48,005 nucleotides of DNA from Acidimicrobiia bacterium (GCA_040878225.1 JBBDMR010000165.1:1-48005), one strand, 5' to 3'; positions 36,353 to 45,058 are shown, counted from the first letter of the stretch. Made by a program: numbers and translations. The notes: a model not told the origin generated them from the sequence alone.

Positions 36353-36701
36353 CTATGCCCTTGAGTTGGCGATGGCGAGTCCCATGAATACGCCGACTAC
36401 GAAGCCGGCAGCGCCAGCAACGACCGAGGACGCCCAGGCCAGCGATGCTGGCTGCACCGACGGCCGCTCCACCTTGGCGAACAGGTAAAGCCCGAAGATT
36501 TCCAGGATTGTCAGCAAAGGAGCTCCCGCTTTTATCCTTGTAGGCATCGAGATGGTGTTTCACTAACGGAAACGTGAAAAGGTCCAGTTCGCCTCGCACA
36601 TCGATCACCCAAGTGGATGGTTCTTCGGTCACTGCGACGACGAGAGGAGGAGGGTCGTAACCGGATAGGCCACCCCCTAATTCGGAAGTGGTGAAGGTCA
36701 T
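36353..36701 (-). pseudogene. Small membrane-protein gene interrupted by a frame change at an A4 run
   Basis: Strong RBS (AAGGAGAGG) and ATG at 36701 open frame A. Hydrophobic, high-GC3 coding continues only in the frame shifted by one nucleotide (track ORF 36353-36547, two TM segments). The frames can be joined at 'gataaaagc' (36530-36533). Confidence 0.4.
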
Positions 36702-36919
36702 GTCCTGGCCTCTCCTTAGATGGTAAGAGTACGCCGGGGTCTAGGGCAGAAGTGCGGGTTGCGCTTGTCCACCACTATACACCGGCGCATCCGCTCCACG
36801 GAAAAACGGGAAAATTAGCTCTAACTGCTCGCCTCTGCGAAGAAGAACACTCCGCCGTTCTCGTGGCGACAGATCGGATTAACACCCGGCTGAGTATATG
36901 GATACGCCGGGCAGCCTCT

Positions 36920-37050
36920 ATCATCGACTCGCAACGCCGAGCCCGGTCAATAAGCCGGGACGGGGAACCCAAATTTGGGGCGTATCCCGGTCAAATGGCC
37001 GGGTAGAGCACCTTCCAGCTCGAGCCCGTCAGCTAACCCCGTAGGCCTGA
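36920..37050 (+). promoter_or_regulatory. ydaO/kimA-type c-di-AMP riboswitch-like leader
   Basis: 'ACGGGGAACCCA' (36960-71), 'GGGGCGUAUC' (36977-86) and 'CCCGUCAGCUAACCCCGUAGGCC' (37025-47) match my recollection of the ydaO consensus (GGGGAnCCCA ... GGGGUGAAUC ... CCGnCAGCUAACCUCGUAAGC). Two near-identical hairpins, CCCGG-N8-CCGGG (36942-59 and 36986-37003), give pseudo-twofold symmetry. It ends at the SD (GAGGAAGGG) of the antiporter gene. Confidence 0.7.
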
Positions 37051-37065
37051 GGAAGGGATGGTTCA

Positions 37066-39162
37066 ATGGAACCTTTTGCTGGAATAGCCCACGAGGACCT
37101 GCTCAAACTCGTCCTGTCAGTGGCGCTACTCCTCGGCGCTGCCCGACTGCTCGGCGGCCTCATGGAACGATTCAAACAGCCTGCCGTCATCGGGGAGATC
37201 ATGGCCGGGGTCATTCTCGGCCCGTCGGTACTTGGAGGGATATTTCCTGCTTTCGGGCGGCTGGTAGTGCCCCAGACCCTGATCCAATCGCAGTTGCTCG
37301 ACGTGGTCGCCCTGATCGGTGTGATGACACTGATCCTGATGGTCGGGATGGAGACAGACCTGGGACTGATCCGGGCCAGGCTGAAGAGCGCCACGGCCGT
37401 CGGGCTGGGAGGGCTGCTCATCCCTTTTGCCTTCGGGCTGGCGCTGGGTAATTGGCTCCCTGACTCACTGTTGGGTTCGGCGTCGAACCGGGCTGCGTTC
37501 AATATGTTCCTCGCCGTGGCTCTCGCACTTTCGGCGATACCGGTCCTCGCAAAGATCCTCTCCGATCTCCGTCTCTTGCGCAGCGAGTTCGGCCAGACCG
37601 CACTTGCCGCCGGAATGATCGACGACGTGCTCGGCTGGACCCTCCTCGGCCTGGTCACCTCGCTGGCGACTGCCGGTGCCGTGACGTTGGGAGACTTCGC
37701 CTCCACGCTCGGTGCCGTGATCGTGTTCATCGCGCTCACCGTCCTCATCATCGGGCCCGCTACCCGGTGGAGCCTCGACCTGGTCCTCGACCGGGTGCAG
37801 ATCAGGGACCGGGTCCTCACCCTCGTGATCGTCTTCGCCTTCGGCTGGGGTGCGTTCACCCAGGCGCTCCATCTCGAGCCGATCCTCGGGGCGTTCGCGG
37901 TCGGGATGATGTTCGGTCGGCTGCGCCGCCTTCCCGTGGAGACCGGGCGCCAACTGGAAAGTCTCACTTATGGGATCTTCGCTCCCATCTTCCTGGCTAC
38001 TGCCGGGCTCCGGCTCGACATCGGCGTTCTCTTCGAGGGCAGTCTGCTCTGGATCACCGGCGCAATGCTGGCCACGGCTGCTGCCGGGAAACTGATCGGC
38101 TCGTACCTGGGCGCAAGGCTTCTCGGAGGGATCGGGAACCGTCATGCCTGGGCGTACGGGGTTGCCCTGAACGCCAGAGGAGTGCTCGGGGTGATCGTTG
38201 CCAGCATCGGGCTCTCGATGGGCATCTTCGGAGTCGAGCTCTACACAATGCTGGTTGTCGTGTCGCTTGCAACCTCGGTGATGGCTCCTATCGGGCTCCG
38301 CTACCTGATGAAGGATGAGGTCGAGGCCACCGTGAGCGGAGAACCCGCTCTTGCCCTGAACCGAATTCTCGCCCCGGTCCGTCTGCGCGAGGACGGGTCG
38401 ACGCGCTCGTTCGATCCCGCCATCCTGGGAAGTCTCCGGGGCGAATCGCCCGGCGTGACTCTGATGACCGTAGTGAGCCCGGAGGAACGCAAGACCGCCG
38501 GGCAGTACCTATCCGACCTGGCGGACCGGATTCCTGAAGGGCTCGAGGTGACGAAACGGGTGGCGACAGGAGATCCGGTCGAAGCCATCGTCAGGGAGGC
38601 TGAGACAGGGTATGACATGGTCGTGCTGGGCGCACCTGACCCCAAGGCTGGGCCCGACTACCTGTTCGAAGCCACTCTCGACGAGATTGTCCGGTTGGTT
38701 TCTTGCCCGAGCATGATCTTCTCATCGCGGGGCAGCCAATGGCCTCCCCGGCGGATCATGGTCCCCACAGGTGGTGCCGATGCTGCCTCCCGTGCGGCCG
38801 ATCTGGCGTTCGCGCTGAGTGATGAACACAGCCAGGTCCTCTTGTTCCACTCCATCGACCCGGAATCAGCAACCGAAATGGCGATGTCGCTGCAAACCAC
38901 GCCGGCCTCGCGGCTCGAAGTCGGCCACGGCGTGGTCAGCGCCCTCCGGGCCGTTGGCGAAAGGATGGGAGTGTCTGTGGCCACCGAGGTTGTGATGGGA
39001 TCGGGTGTGGTCGATTCGATACTCGAAAGAGCAGCACAGGACATCGACCTGCTCATCATCGGAACGAATGTCAGAGCCGGCTCGCATCGTCTCTACCTGG
39101 GCTCGAAGGTAGAACGGCTGCTCGTCGAGGCTCCGTGCTCGACGATCGTCTTCAACGTCTGA
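37066..39162 (+). CDS. Cation:proton antiporter (CPA2 family) fused to two C-terminal universal-stress-protein domains
   Basis: N-terminal 'QPAVIGEIMAGVILGPSVLG' and ~12 TM segments. The C-terminal ~280 aa contains two USP-like halves ('VTKRVATGDPVEAIVREAETGYDMVVLGA' and 'ATEVVMGSGVVDSILERAAQDIDLLIIGT'). Confidence 0.88.
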   Translation: MEPFAGIAHEDLLKLVLSVALLLGAARLLGGLMERFKQPAVIGEIMAGVILGPSVLGGIFPAFGRLVVPQTLIQSQLLDVVALIGVMTLILMVGMETDLGLIRARLKSATAVGLGGLLIPFAFGLALGNWLPDSLLGSASNRAAFNMFLAVALALSAIPVLAKILSDLRLLRSEFGQTALAAGMIDDVLGWTLLGLVTSLATAGAVTLGDFASTLGAVIVFIALTVLIIGPATRWSLDLVLDRVQIRDRVLTLVIVFAFGWGAFTQALHLEPILGAFAVGMMFGRLRRLPVETGRQLESLTYGIFAPIFLATAGLRLDIGVLFEGSLLWITGAMLATAAAGKLIGSYLGARLLGGIGNRHAWAYGVALNARGVLGVIVASIGLSMGIFGVELYTMLVVVSLATSVMAPIGLRYLMKDEVEATVSGEPALALNRILAPVRLREDGSTRSFDPAILGSLRGESPGVTLMTVVSPEERKTAGQYLSDLADRIPEGLEVTKRVATGDPVEAIVREAETGYDMVVLGAPDPKAGPDYLFEATLDEIVRLVSCPSMIFSSRGSQWPPRRIMVPTGGADAASRAADLAFALSDEHSQVLLFHSIDPESATEMAMSLQTTPASRLEVGHGVVSALRAVGERMGVSVATEVVMGSGVVDSILERAAQDIDLLIIGTNVRAGSHRLYLGSKVERLLVEAPCSTIVFNV

Positions 39163-39245
39163 CCGCTACTTTGCCGGTGCCTCCGCCGGCTGCGGCATGG
39201 GATCCGGCTCGGCTGGGGCCGGCACGGGAATTTCGGGCTCGACCT

Positions 39246-40040
39246 CTATAACTCGTTGGGGCTTTCCAATATCCATCCTGTCTGTTTCCTTTCTTGCTCT
39301 TTCATGTAGGCGGCCATGTTGTCCTCAAACCGACCGTTCACCGATCGGTCTGGCTCTCCATTCAGGTGCCATTCGTCCGAAAGCCCGATCCCCTGGAAGA
39401 GAATCTCGATCTCTTCTGGGTCTTCGGTGGCAAAAATTCTCCCGCGCCTGACGAACGTGAGAGCGAGGACGGTGACACGTTTCGCCCGCCAACCTTGCTC
39501 GTGCTCCACCACTTTCCCTGTCATGGCGACCAGGCCGATCGCCATCGACCCGACGCCGGCGTGAGAGGAGATGAGCCGGTCGACATCCTTCGCTGCATAG
39601 ATGCCACACGGTGGGTCGGCACATTGGCCGTCGGTGTGGGGGACGTCCTCGTTGGTGACACCCCCGGCGCAGATTGCAGACAGAGTGCGGTGCTCCCAGC
39701 GGACCCTGTAGCCGTGGAATTGGCCGTTCTTCATCTCCCACATCCGGAAGCCCAGCATCGGCACCGGTGACCAGGACGGGCCATGCTCGCTCTCTATCTG
39801 CCTGATTACATCGCTCAGGAAGAAGCGGATGGTCTTGTCCAGCCCGCTGACCTCGACATCGAGGGCATCGACTTCGGCCTGGATGACGGCAAGCCGGGCT
39901 CGTAGGTCCCGGAGTCGCGCGTGTTTGCGGCGCAAAGTGAGGAGCAGGCGATCGAGGCTGGGCGGGGAGCCGGAAATCCTGTATTTGAGGCGCAGCCGTT
40001 CCCATTCACGATTCAACCGGTGAACGCTGATGTCGGACAT
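39246..40040 (-). CDS. Hypothetical protein: N-terminal coiled coil plus C-terminal Cys/His domain; candidate SOS-regulated gene
   Basis: 264 aa. 'RLRDLRARLAVIQAEVDALDVEVSGLDKTI' is followed by 'GFRMWEM..GYRVRWE..AICAGGVTNEDVPHTDGQCADPPCGIYAAKD' (C-x10-H-x4-C-x4-C). I could not assign a family. Confidence 0.75.
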   Translation of the reverse strand: MSDISVHRLNREWERLRLKYRISGSPPSLDRLLLTLRRKHARLRDLRARLAVIQAEVDALDVEVSGLDKTIRFFLSDVIRQIESEHGPSWSPVPMLGFRMWEMKNGQFHGYRVRWEHRTLSAICAGGVTNEDVPHTDGQCADPPCGIYAAKDVDRLISSHAGVGSMAIGLVAMTGKVVEHEQGWRAKRVTVLALTFVRRGRIFATEDPEEIEILFQGIGLSDEWHLNGEPDRSVNGRFEDNMAAYMKEQERKQTGWILESPNEL

Positions 40041-40064
40041 CGTCCCGACAACCTAGCGGGCGGG

Positions 40065-40080
40065 TCGAACAAATGTTCGA
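40065..40080. promoter_or_regulatory. LexA (SOS) box, TCGAAC-AAAT-GTTCGA
   Basis: Perfect match to the actinobacterial/mycobacterial SOS-box consensus TCGAAC-N4-GTTCGA. It lies 24 nt upstream of the 39246-40040 start codon and 98 nt upstream of the DUF3263 gene. Confidence 0.8.
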
Positions 40081-40178
40081 TCAATCCACAGCCAGGTTTT
40101 CGCGATCTCTGCCGAGAGTCGCCCCAGAGGCGCCGGTGGCCGGCCCTGACAAACCAGGCTAAATGCACCGGTAAGAAC

Positions 40179-40433
40179 ATGACTGTAAATACGCTGGATT
40201 CGATGCTCGACGACATGGACAGGGCTGTCCTCGACTACGAGAGGGGATGGTCCAATCAATCAGGTCCCAAGGACCGGTCAATCGAGATGGACCTCGGGCT
40301 TACCGCCGGGGCTTACTACGCGCGTCTCAGAAGGCTGATTTCCGATAGCCGGGCCACCACCTATGATCCATTGACAGTGCTGCGACTCCGGCGAATTATC
40401 GATCCTCCGGACCCGGCAGAGGCGGTTGGGTGA
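40179..40433 (+). CDS. DUF3263-like small protein
   Basis: 'AVLDYERGWSNQSGPKDRSIEMDLGLTAGAYYARLRRLISDSRATTYDPLTVLRLRR' fits the DUF3263 pattern as I recall it. ATG at 40179. The upstream part of the track ORF is antisense to the neighbouring gene. Confidence 0.72.
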   Translation: MTVNTLDSMLDDMDRAVLDYERGWSNQSGPKDRSIEMDLGLTAGAYYARLRRLISDSRATTYDPLTVLRLRRIIDPPDPAEAVG

Positions 40434-40990
40434 TGGCAAACAAGGGGCGTCATGCGGGGGAGGACGGAAACTTCTACCGCGATTTGGCAATCATGGTCGG
40501 GGCGATCGTAGGCGTGGGTGCGCTGGTCTTCTTCCTCCTTTTCGTATTCGCAGGTGACACGGTCTCAGAGACGACCACCACAAGCTCGACCACATCGACG
40601 ACAACTTCGACGACGGTCGGGGAAAGCTCCACGACCCAGCCGACGGTTGAGACCAGCACCACGACAACCGCCACCACGATCCCGGTGCGGGCCAACGAAG
40701 ATGTGCGGGTTGTGGTGCTGAACTCGGTTGCGATCAGCGGGGCTGCGGGGCGGTTCACCCAGGCTCTTGCAGACCTCGGGTATCAGACGCTGCAGGCTGA
40801 TGACTTCCGCCCCGAACAGGATCCGACCCGGATCTGGTTCCGGGAAGGCTTCTCGGCTGAGGCCAACACGCTTGCCGAGTTCATGCTCGAGGACAGCGGC
40901 ACCGTGACTCTCGTCGAGCCGTTGCCCGACGAGACGCTGAAGCCGGGAGCAGATCTCGTGGTCGTGCTGGGTACCGGATACCAGGAATGA
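40430..40990 (+). CDS. LytR_C-domain membrane protein
   Basis: One TM segment, a Thr/Ser-rich linker, and the C-terminal string 'VRVVVLNSVAISGAAGRFTQALADLGY...DLVVVLG'. Confidence 0.78.
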   Translation: MMANKGRHAGEDGNFYRDLAIMVGAIVGVGALVFFLLFVFAGDTVSETTTTSSTTSTTTSTTVGESSTTQPTVETSTTTTATTIPVRANEDVRVVVLNSVAISGAAGRFTQALADLGYQTLQADDFRPEQDPTRIWFREGFSAEANTLAEFMLEDSGTVTLVEPLPDETLKPGADLVVVLGTGYQE

Positions 40991-41844
40991 CCCATGCCGC
41001 TCCCCGGAAACGGGGCGGTAGGACCTGGATTCTGCCCGCATCCACAGCCCTCGTTGTCTTGGGTCTGGTCCTCATAGGTTTCCTCAGCCGGGCGATCGTG
41101 GTGGATTTTGCCTCCTGGTGGCCAATGTGGTTGGCCCTGGTTGCAATCGGGACCTGGGCAAGGGGCAGGAAGGTGGGCTCATTTCGACTCGGGGGGTTGG
41201 TGGCGGTTGCATCAGTCGGGGTGGCGGTGGTGTTCGTCCTCGCCCATCTTCAGGGCTGGGCGCTAATGCCGTCATCCGCGGGTCTCCTCACAGGAAGCTC
41301 CGACTCCGCTTTCAACTCCGCCGGCCTTTCTGCGCGGGTGCCCGGAGGCGAGCTCATCGTCGGAACGGGGTCGACGGGTGTCCTCTACACCGTCGAACCG
41401 CTGCGTCGCGGCGGTGACATCGCGGCGCCTTTTGCTGTTGAGCGCTCCCAGGACGGTGATGTTTCTGTGGTGCTTACGGCATCCGAGGACCCCGGCCTGT
41501 TCCGGTGGGCTGGTTGGAGTGTCCGGCTTTCGGCGCTGCCGTCGTGGACCCTCACCCTCGAAGGTCAGTTGGATGCAGACCTGACCGAGCTAACTGTGGA
41601 CAACCTGCAGTTGACGGGGGGCGGTGAGGTGCACCTCGGTACTGCCACCCAGAGCACGCCGGTGACAGTCTCAGGGGATTTCGTGGTCCATTTCCCCGAA
41701 GGTGTCCCGGTGCGGGTCGTCGGTCCCGCCGAAATCCCAGCCGATTGGACCCGCACCGATACCGGGGCCTCGTCGCCTACTGGCGGCCAGGGGTGGGTGG
41801 TTTCGATAGCCGATGGCGCCGTGGTGGAGATTCGCGTCCGGTGA
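40987..41844 (+). CDS. Membrane protein with beta-rich C-terminal domain (LiaF/DUF2154-like guess)
   Basis: 3-4 N-terminal TM segments, then a ~190-aa soluble domain. ATGA overlap with the previous gene. Confidence 0.6.
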   Translation: MTHAAPRKRGGRTWILPASTALVVLGLVLIGFLSRAIVVDFASWWPMWLALVAIGTWARGRKVGSFRLGGLVAVASVGVAVVFVLAHLQGWALMPSSAGLLTGSSDSAFNSAGLSARVPGGELIVGTGSTGVLYTVEPLRRGGDIAAPFAVERSQDGDVSVVLTASEDPGLFRWAGWSVRLSALPSWTLTLEGQLDADLTELTVDNLQLTGGGEVHLGTATQSTPVTVSGDFVVHFPEGVPVRVVGPAEIPADWTRTDTGASSPTGGQGWVVSIADGAVVEIRVR

Positions 41845-41868
41845 TGGGCGCATAGGTACACTCGCCGG

Positions 41869-43104
41869 GTGCCTTCGGATCGCCTCAGACGTAGCGCCCT
41901 GATCGTCTGGACGACGGTCGGGGGAATCGCTCTCTTCGCAGTCTTCCTCTATGTCGCCGAGTCGGTCCGGATCATCTGGCTCCCGCTGGCATTTGCCGCA
42001 GGACTCGTATTCATCCTCGAGCCGACCGTCCGGGCCTTCGACCGTATCGGGTTCCGTAGGGTGTTCAGCGCCATTTTTGCCCTGGTTGCCCTCGCCGGGC
42101 TGATTGTTGCCATCGTCGTGCTGGTTTTGCCCACGATTCGGGAGCAGGGTGCTGAGTTCATCGGAGACCTCCCCCGACTTTGGGGTGGCATCGTCGACGG
42201 TCTTCGCGACCTCGCCGAACGCTTCGGATACGACGGTGAGGAACTGCTGAGCCAGGGGACCATCGAGGAGTGGCTCAACGACCCGACGAATCAGGAGACT
42301 CTGCAAGAGTTGCTCTTCGGTTTCGGCGCCGGCGCCGGGACCGTGATCAGGGGCGTGACGGAGGCAGTTCTGGTGCTGGTACTGGCCCCGGTGCTTGCCC
42401 TTTACATCCTCATCGACCTCGACAAATACCGGGCTCAGGTACTGGAACTGACTCCCCCCGAGCACAGAGCAGAAATCGCCTTTGTCGGTGGCGAGGTGGG
42501 GACGGCTCTGGGATCCTTCGTTCGCGGCCAGCTGCTCGTGGCGCTCATCGTCGGCATACTCTCCAGTCTCGGTATGTGGGCGATCGATCTCCCGTTCTGG
42601 CTGCTGATCGGCATGGTCGCCGGCCTGCTCAACCTCATCCCCTTTCTCGGGCCCTTCGTCGGCGGTGCCCTGGCCGCAGGGGTGGCGCTCCTGGCCGGAA
42701 ACCTAACTCAGGCGATCTGGGCCGTAGTCATCTTTACTGCCATCCAGCAGGTCGACAACCACGTGATCACGCCTCTGGTGCAGCGGACGAGAGTGAAGCT
42801 CTCACCGCTTGTAATCGTGCTGGCGCTGATCATCGGAGGCTCGATCGCCGGCCTGTTGGGTGTCCTCATCGCTGTCCCGGTCACGGCGGCGGTCCGCATC
42901 ATCGTCGGCCACCTCTGGCGGACCAGGGTCCTCGGACAATCGTGGGAAGAGGCCAGCGAGGCAATGATCGAAGTGACCCCGCCCCCGGACCGAATCGCCA
43001 ACCTGCGGAGACGGAACGTAGACCAGTCGCGACTGTTCGACACCGCCGAAATGCAGAGCTGGTCAGAAGGCGACGCACCCCCGGAAGACCCCCAGCGACC
43101 GTAG
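41869..43104 (+). CDS. AI-2E family transporter (PerM/UPF0118)
   Basis: Polytopic, with the 'IPFLGPFVGG' and 'QQVDNHVITPLV' motifs typical of the family. The last ~9 codons lie inside repeat copy B. Confidence 0.88.
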   Translation: MPSDRLRRSALIVWTTVGGIALFAVFLYVAESVRIIWLPLAFAAGLVFILEPTVRAFDRIGFRRVFSAIFALVALAGLIVAIVVLVLPTIREQGAEFIGDLPRLWGGIVDGLRDLAERFGYDGEELLSQGTIEEWLNDPTNQETLQELLFGFGAGAGTVIRGVTEAVLVLVLAPVLALYILIDLDKYRAQVLELTPPEHRAEIAFVGGEVGTALGSFVRGQLLVALIVGILSSLGMWAIDLPFWLLIGMVAGLLNLIPFLGPFVGGALAAGVALLAGNLTQAIWAVVIFTAIQQVDNHVITPLVQRTRVKLSPLVIVLALIIGGSIAGLLGVLIAVPVTAAVRIIVGHLWRTRVLGQSWEEASEAMIEVTPPPDRIANLRRRNVDQSRLFDTAEMQSWSEGDAPPEDPQRP

Positions 43105-43400
43105 GGAGCGGCTGTTCCCCCGGAGGCCCAGCGACCGTAGGGAGCGGCTGTTCCCCCGGAGATGAAGTCGAACGGGGGAAAGGTCGGTGTCGGCCCGAAA
43201 GGCCGAGAGGTAAGGGGGACTGAGACTCTCCAAGTTGAGATCGAGTCGCGTGTGCGGCGGTGCGAGAGGAGTGTTGGTGGGAACTCCCCACCCTCCCGGC
43301 TCCTTCGTCGCCGGCGCTCCCTCCGCAAGCGGAGGGAGAGTGGCAAGCGGAGGGAGAGTTGCAAGCGGAGGGAGAGTGGCAAGCGGAGGGCGAGACGCGC
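43078..43400. repeat. Mosaic hairpin-rich intergenic repeat, copy B
   Basis: Same block order as copy A. The core 43209-43242 is identical to 14353-14386. It has an extra 35-nt 5' unit and four (versus two) 18-nt 'gcaagcggagggagagtk' tandem units. Lies between the convergent AI-2E and livF genes. Confidence 0.85.
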
Positions 43401-43547
43401 TGTGGGAGAGCAATAGGGGGTCGCCTCCCCTGGCGGCGCGGTTTGGATCGCCAATCCGACCGCATTTCGACGTGTATCCCAGGCCGTTTGCGACGCCATC
43501 CAACTTGTCGGGGGGATATATGGGGGGTCGTCCCCCCTTGCCATCGT

Positions 43548-44276
43548 CTAGATATCGCCGAGGTAGGCCGCGCGCATTTGGGGGTTGGCCATCAGGGCTT
43601 CGGCGGTGTCGCTGAGCACAATGCGCCCGGTCTGGAGCACATAACCCCTGTCTGCGATGGAAAGGGCCATGTTGGCGTTCTGCTCCACTACGAACACTGT
43701 CGTGCCAGCCTTGTTGATCTGCTCGATCACCTCGAAGTTCTGCGCCACCAACACCGGTGCCAATCCCATCGATGGCTCATCCATGAGGAGCACTTTGGGC
43801 CGAGCCATCAAGGCTCGTCCCATCGCGACCATCTGCTGCTCACCTCCGGAGAGGGTGCCGGCACGTTGGCTGAGCCTTTCTTTGACCCTGGGGAACATCT
43901 CGAATATCCGCTCCATGTCCTCGGCGGTGGACTCCCCACGACGGAGATAAGAGCCCATCTCGAGATTCTCCTTCACCGTCATGCGCTTGAACAAGCGCCG
44001 GTTCTCGGGGACCATCGTGATCCCGTTCCCGACGCGGTCAGCGGTGGTCCAGTCGTTGATGTTCTCGCCATCGATGAACACGCCTCCCGACGTAGGTTTC
44101 ACGTAGCCGAGGATCGTCTTGAGGGTCGTGGTCTTGCCCGAGGCGTTGCCCCCGAGCAGACACACCATCTCCCCTTCGTAGATGTCGATGTCGACGTCTC
44201 TGAGGATGTGCGCCGGGCCGTAGTGGGTGTTGACGTCCTTGAGCGCGAGTAGCGGACTGCGGTTGGAGTCGCTCAT
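43548..44276 (-). CDS. livF: Branched-chain amino acid ABC transporter ATP-binding protein
   Basis: 'GGNASGKTTT', 'LSGGEQQM' and 'LLMDEPS'. 242 aa. Confidence 0.9.
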   Translation of the reverse strand: MSDSNRSPLLALKDVNTHYGPAHILRDVDIDIYEGEMVCLLGGNASGKTTTLKTILGYVKPTSGGVFIDGENINDWTTADRVGNGITMVPENRRLFKRMTVKENLEMGSYLRRGESTAEDMERIFEMFPRVKERLSQRAGTLSGGEQQMVAMGRALMARPKVLLMDEPSMGLAPVLVAQNFEVIEQINKAGTTVFVVEQNANMALSIADRGYVLQTGRIVLSDTAEALMANPQMRAAYLGDI

Positions 44277-45058
44277 GCGGTCCCGGCCGGGCGGCCCAGA
44301 TAGGCTTCGATCACCTGTTGATTCGTCGACACCTTGTCGTACGAACCTTCGGCGATCTTCTCTCCGTGGTCGAGCACGACCACCCTGTCAGAGACATTGC
44401 GGACCACCTGCATGTCGTGCTCGATGAGAACGATGGTGTAGCCCTTCTCGTCTCGAAGCCGCCCGATCAGGTCGGTTAGCTCAACGGTTTCTCTGGGGTT
44501 CATCCCGGCCGTGGGCTCGTCGAGGAGAAGGATCTTAGGATCGGTCGCCATCGCCCGGGCGATTTCGAGCCGGCGGCGGTTGGCATATGAGAGCACGAAG
44601 GCAGGCTGATCGTGACGATACCCGGCGAGCCTCGTCCCAAAGAACGAGAGCACCTCTTGAGCTCTCTGATCGATCTCCTCCTCCTCCTTGCGCTGGGAAG
44701 GCATCTTGAAGATTGCCCCGAGCAACCCGGCCTTGGTCCGACTGTGCTGGCCGATCATGACGTTCTCTTTCACGGTCATCGACGGGAAGAGCCGGACGTT
44801 CTGAAAGGTGCGGGCCAGGCCGAGCTCGAGGATCTGGTTGGGTCGGAGCCCGACCAGCTGCTGGCCATCGAATTCGATGCTGCCCTCATCGGGCACCTCC
44901 ATCCCGGTGATGAGGTTGAAGAACGTCGTCTTCCCTGCCCCGTTGGGCCCGATCACGCTGACCACTTCGTTCGGCTCGACATGGAAATCGACGCCATTGA
45001 TGGCACGGAGGCCGCCGAACGACTTCTGGAGACCTGTGATCTGGAGGTATGTGGTCAT
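44273..45058 (-). CDS. livG: Branched-chain amino acid ABC transporter ATP-binding protein
   Basis: 'GPNGAGKTT', the LivG-type insertion, and 'LLLDEPTAGMNP'. Confidence 0.9.
   Translation of the reverse strand: MTTYLQITGLQKSFGGLRAINGVDFHVEPNEVVSVIGPNGAGKTTFFNLITGMEVPDEGSIEFDGQQLVGLRPNQILELGLARTFQNVRLFPSMTVKENVMIGQHSRTKAGLLGAIFKMPSQRKEEEEIDQRAQEVLSFFGTRLAGYRHDQPAFVLSYANRRRLEIARAMATDPKILLLDEPTAGMNPRETVELTDLIGRLRDEKGYTIVLIEHDMQVVRNVSDRVVVLDHGEKIAEGSYDKVSTNQQVIEAYLGRPAGTA

Noticed and set aside
36034-36387. 117-aa and 101-aa + strand ORFs
   Set aside because: No RBS and low-complexity Pro/Arg/Ser-rich translations. They overlap the better-supported - strand mini-ORF and membrane ORF.
40031-40050. 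'TTGTCGG' near the 264-aa gene start as a PafBC/RecA-independent promoter motif
   Set aside because: The required downstream N8-TAnnnT element is absent. The sequence is part of a small inverted repeat (TGTCGG-N8-CCGACA) spanning the start codon.
43325-43396. Possible CRISPR array (regularly spaced 'gcaagcggagggagag')
   Set aside because: The units are directly adjacent 18-mers with no spacers. They are far shorter than CRISPR repeats, and no cas genes are in the window. This is a microsatellite-like module of the mosaic repeat.
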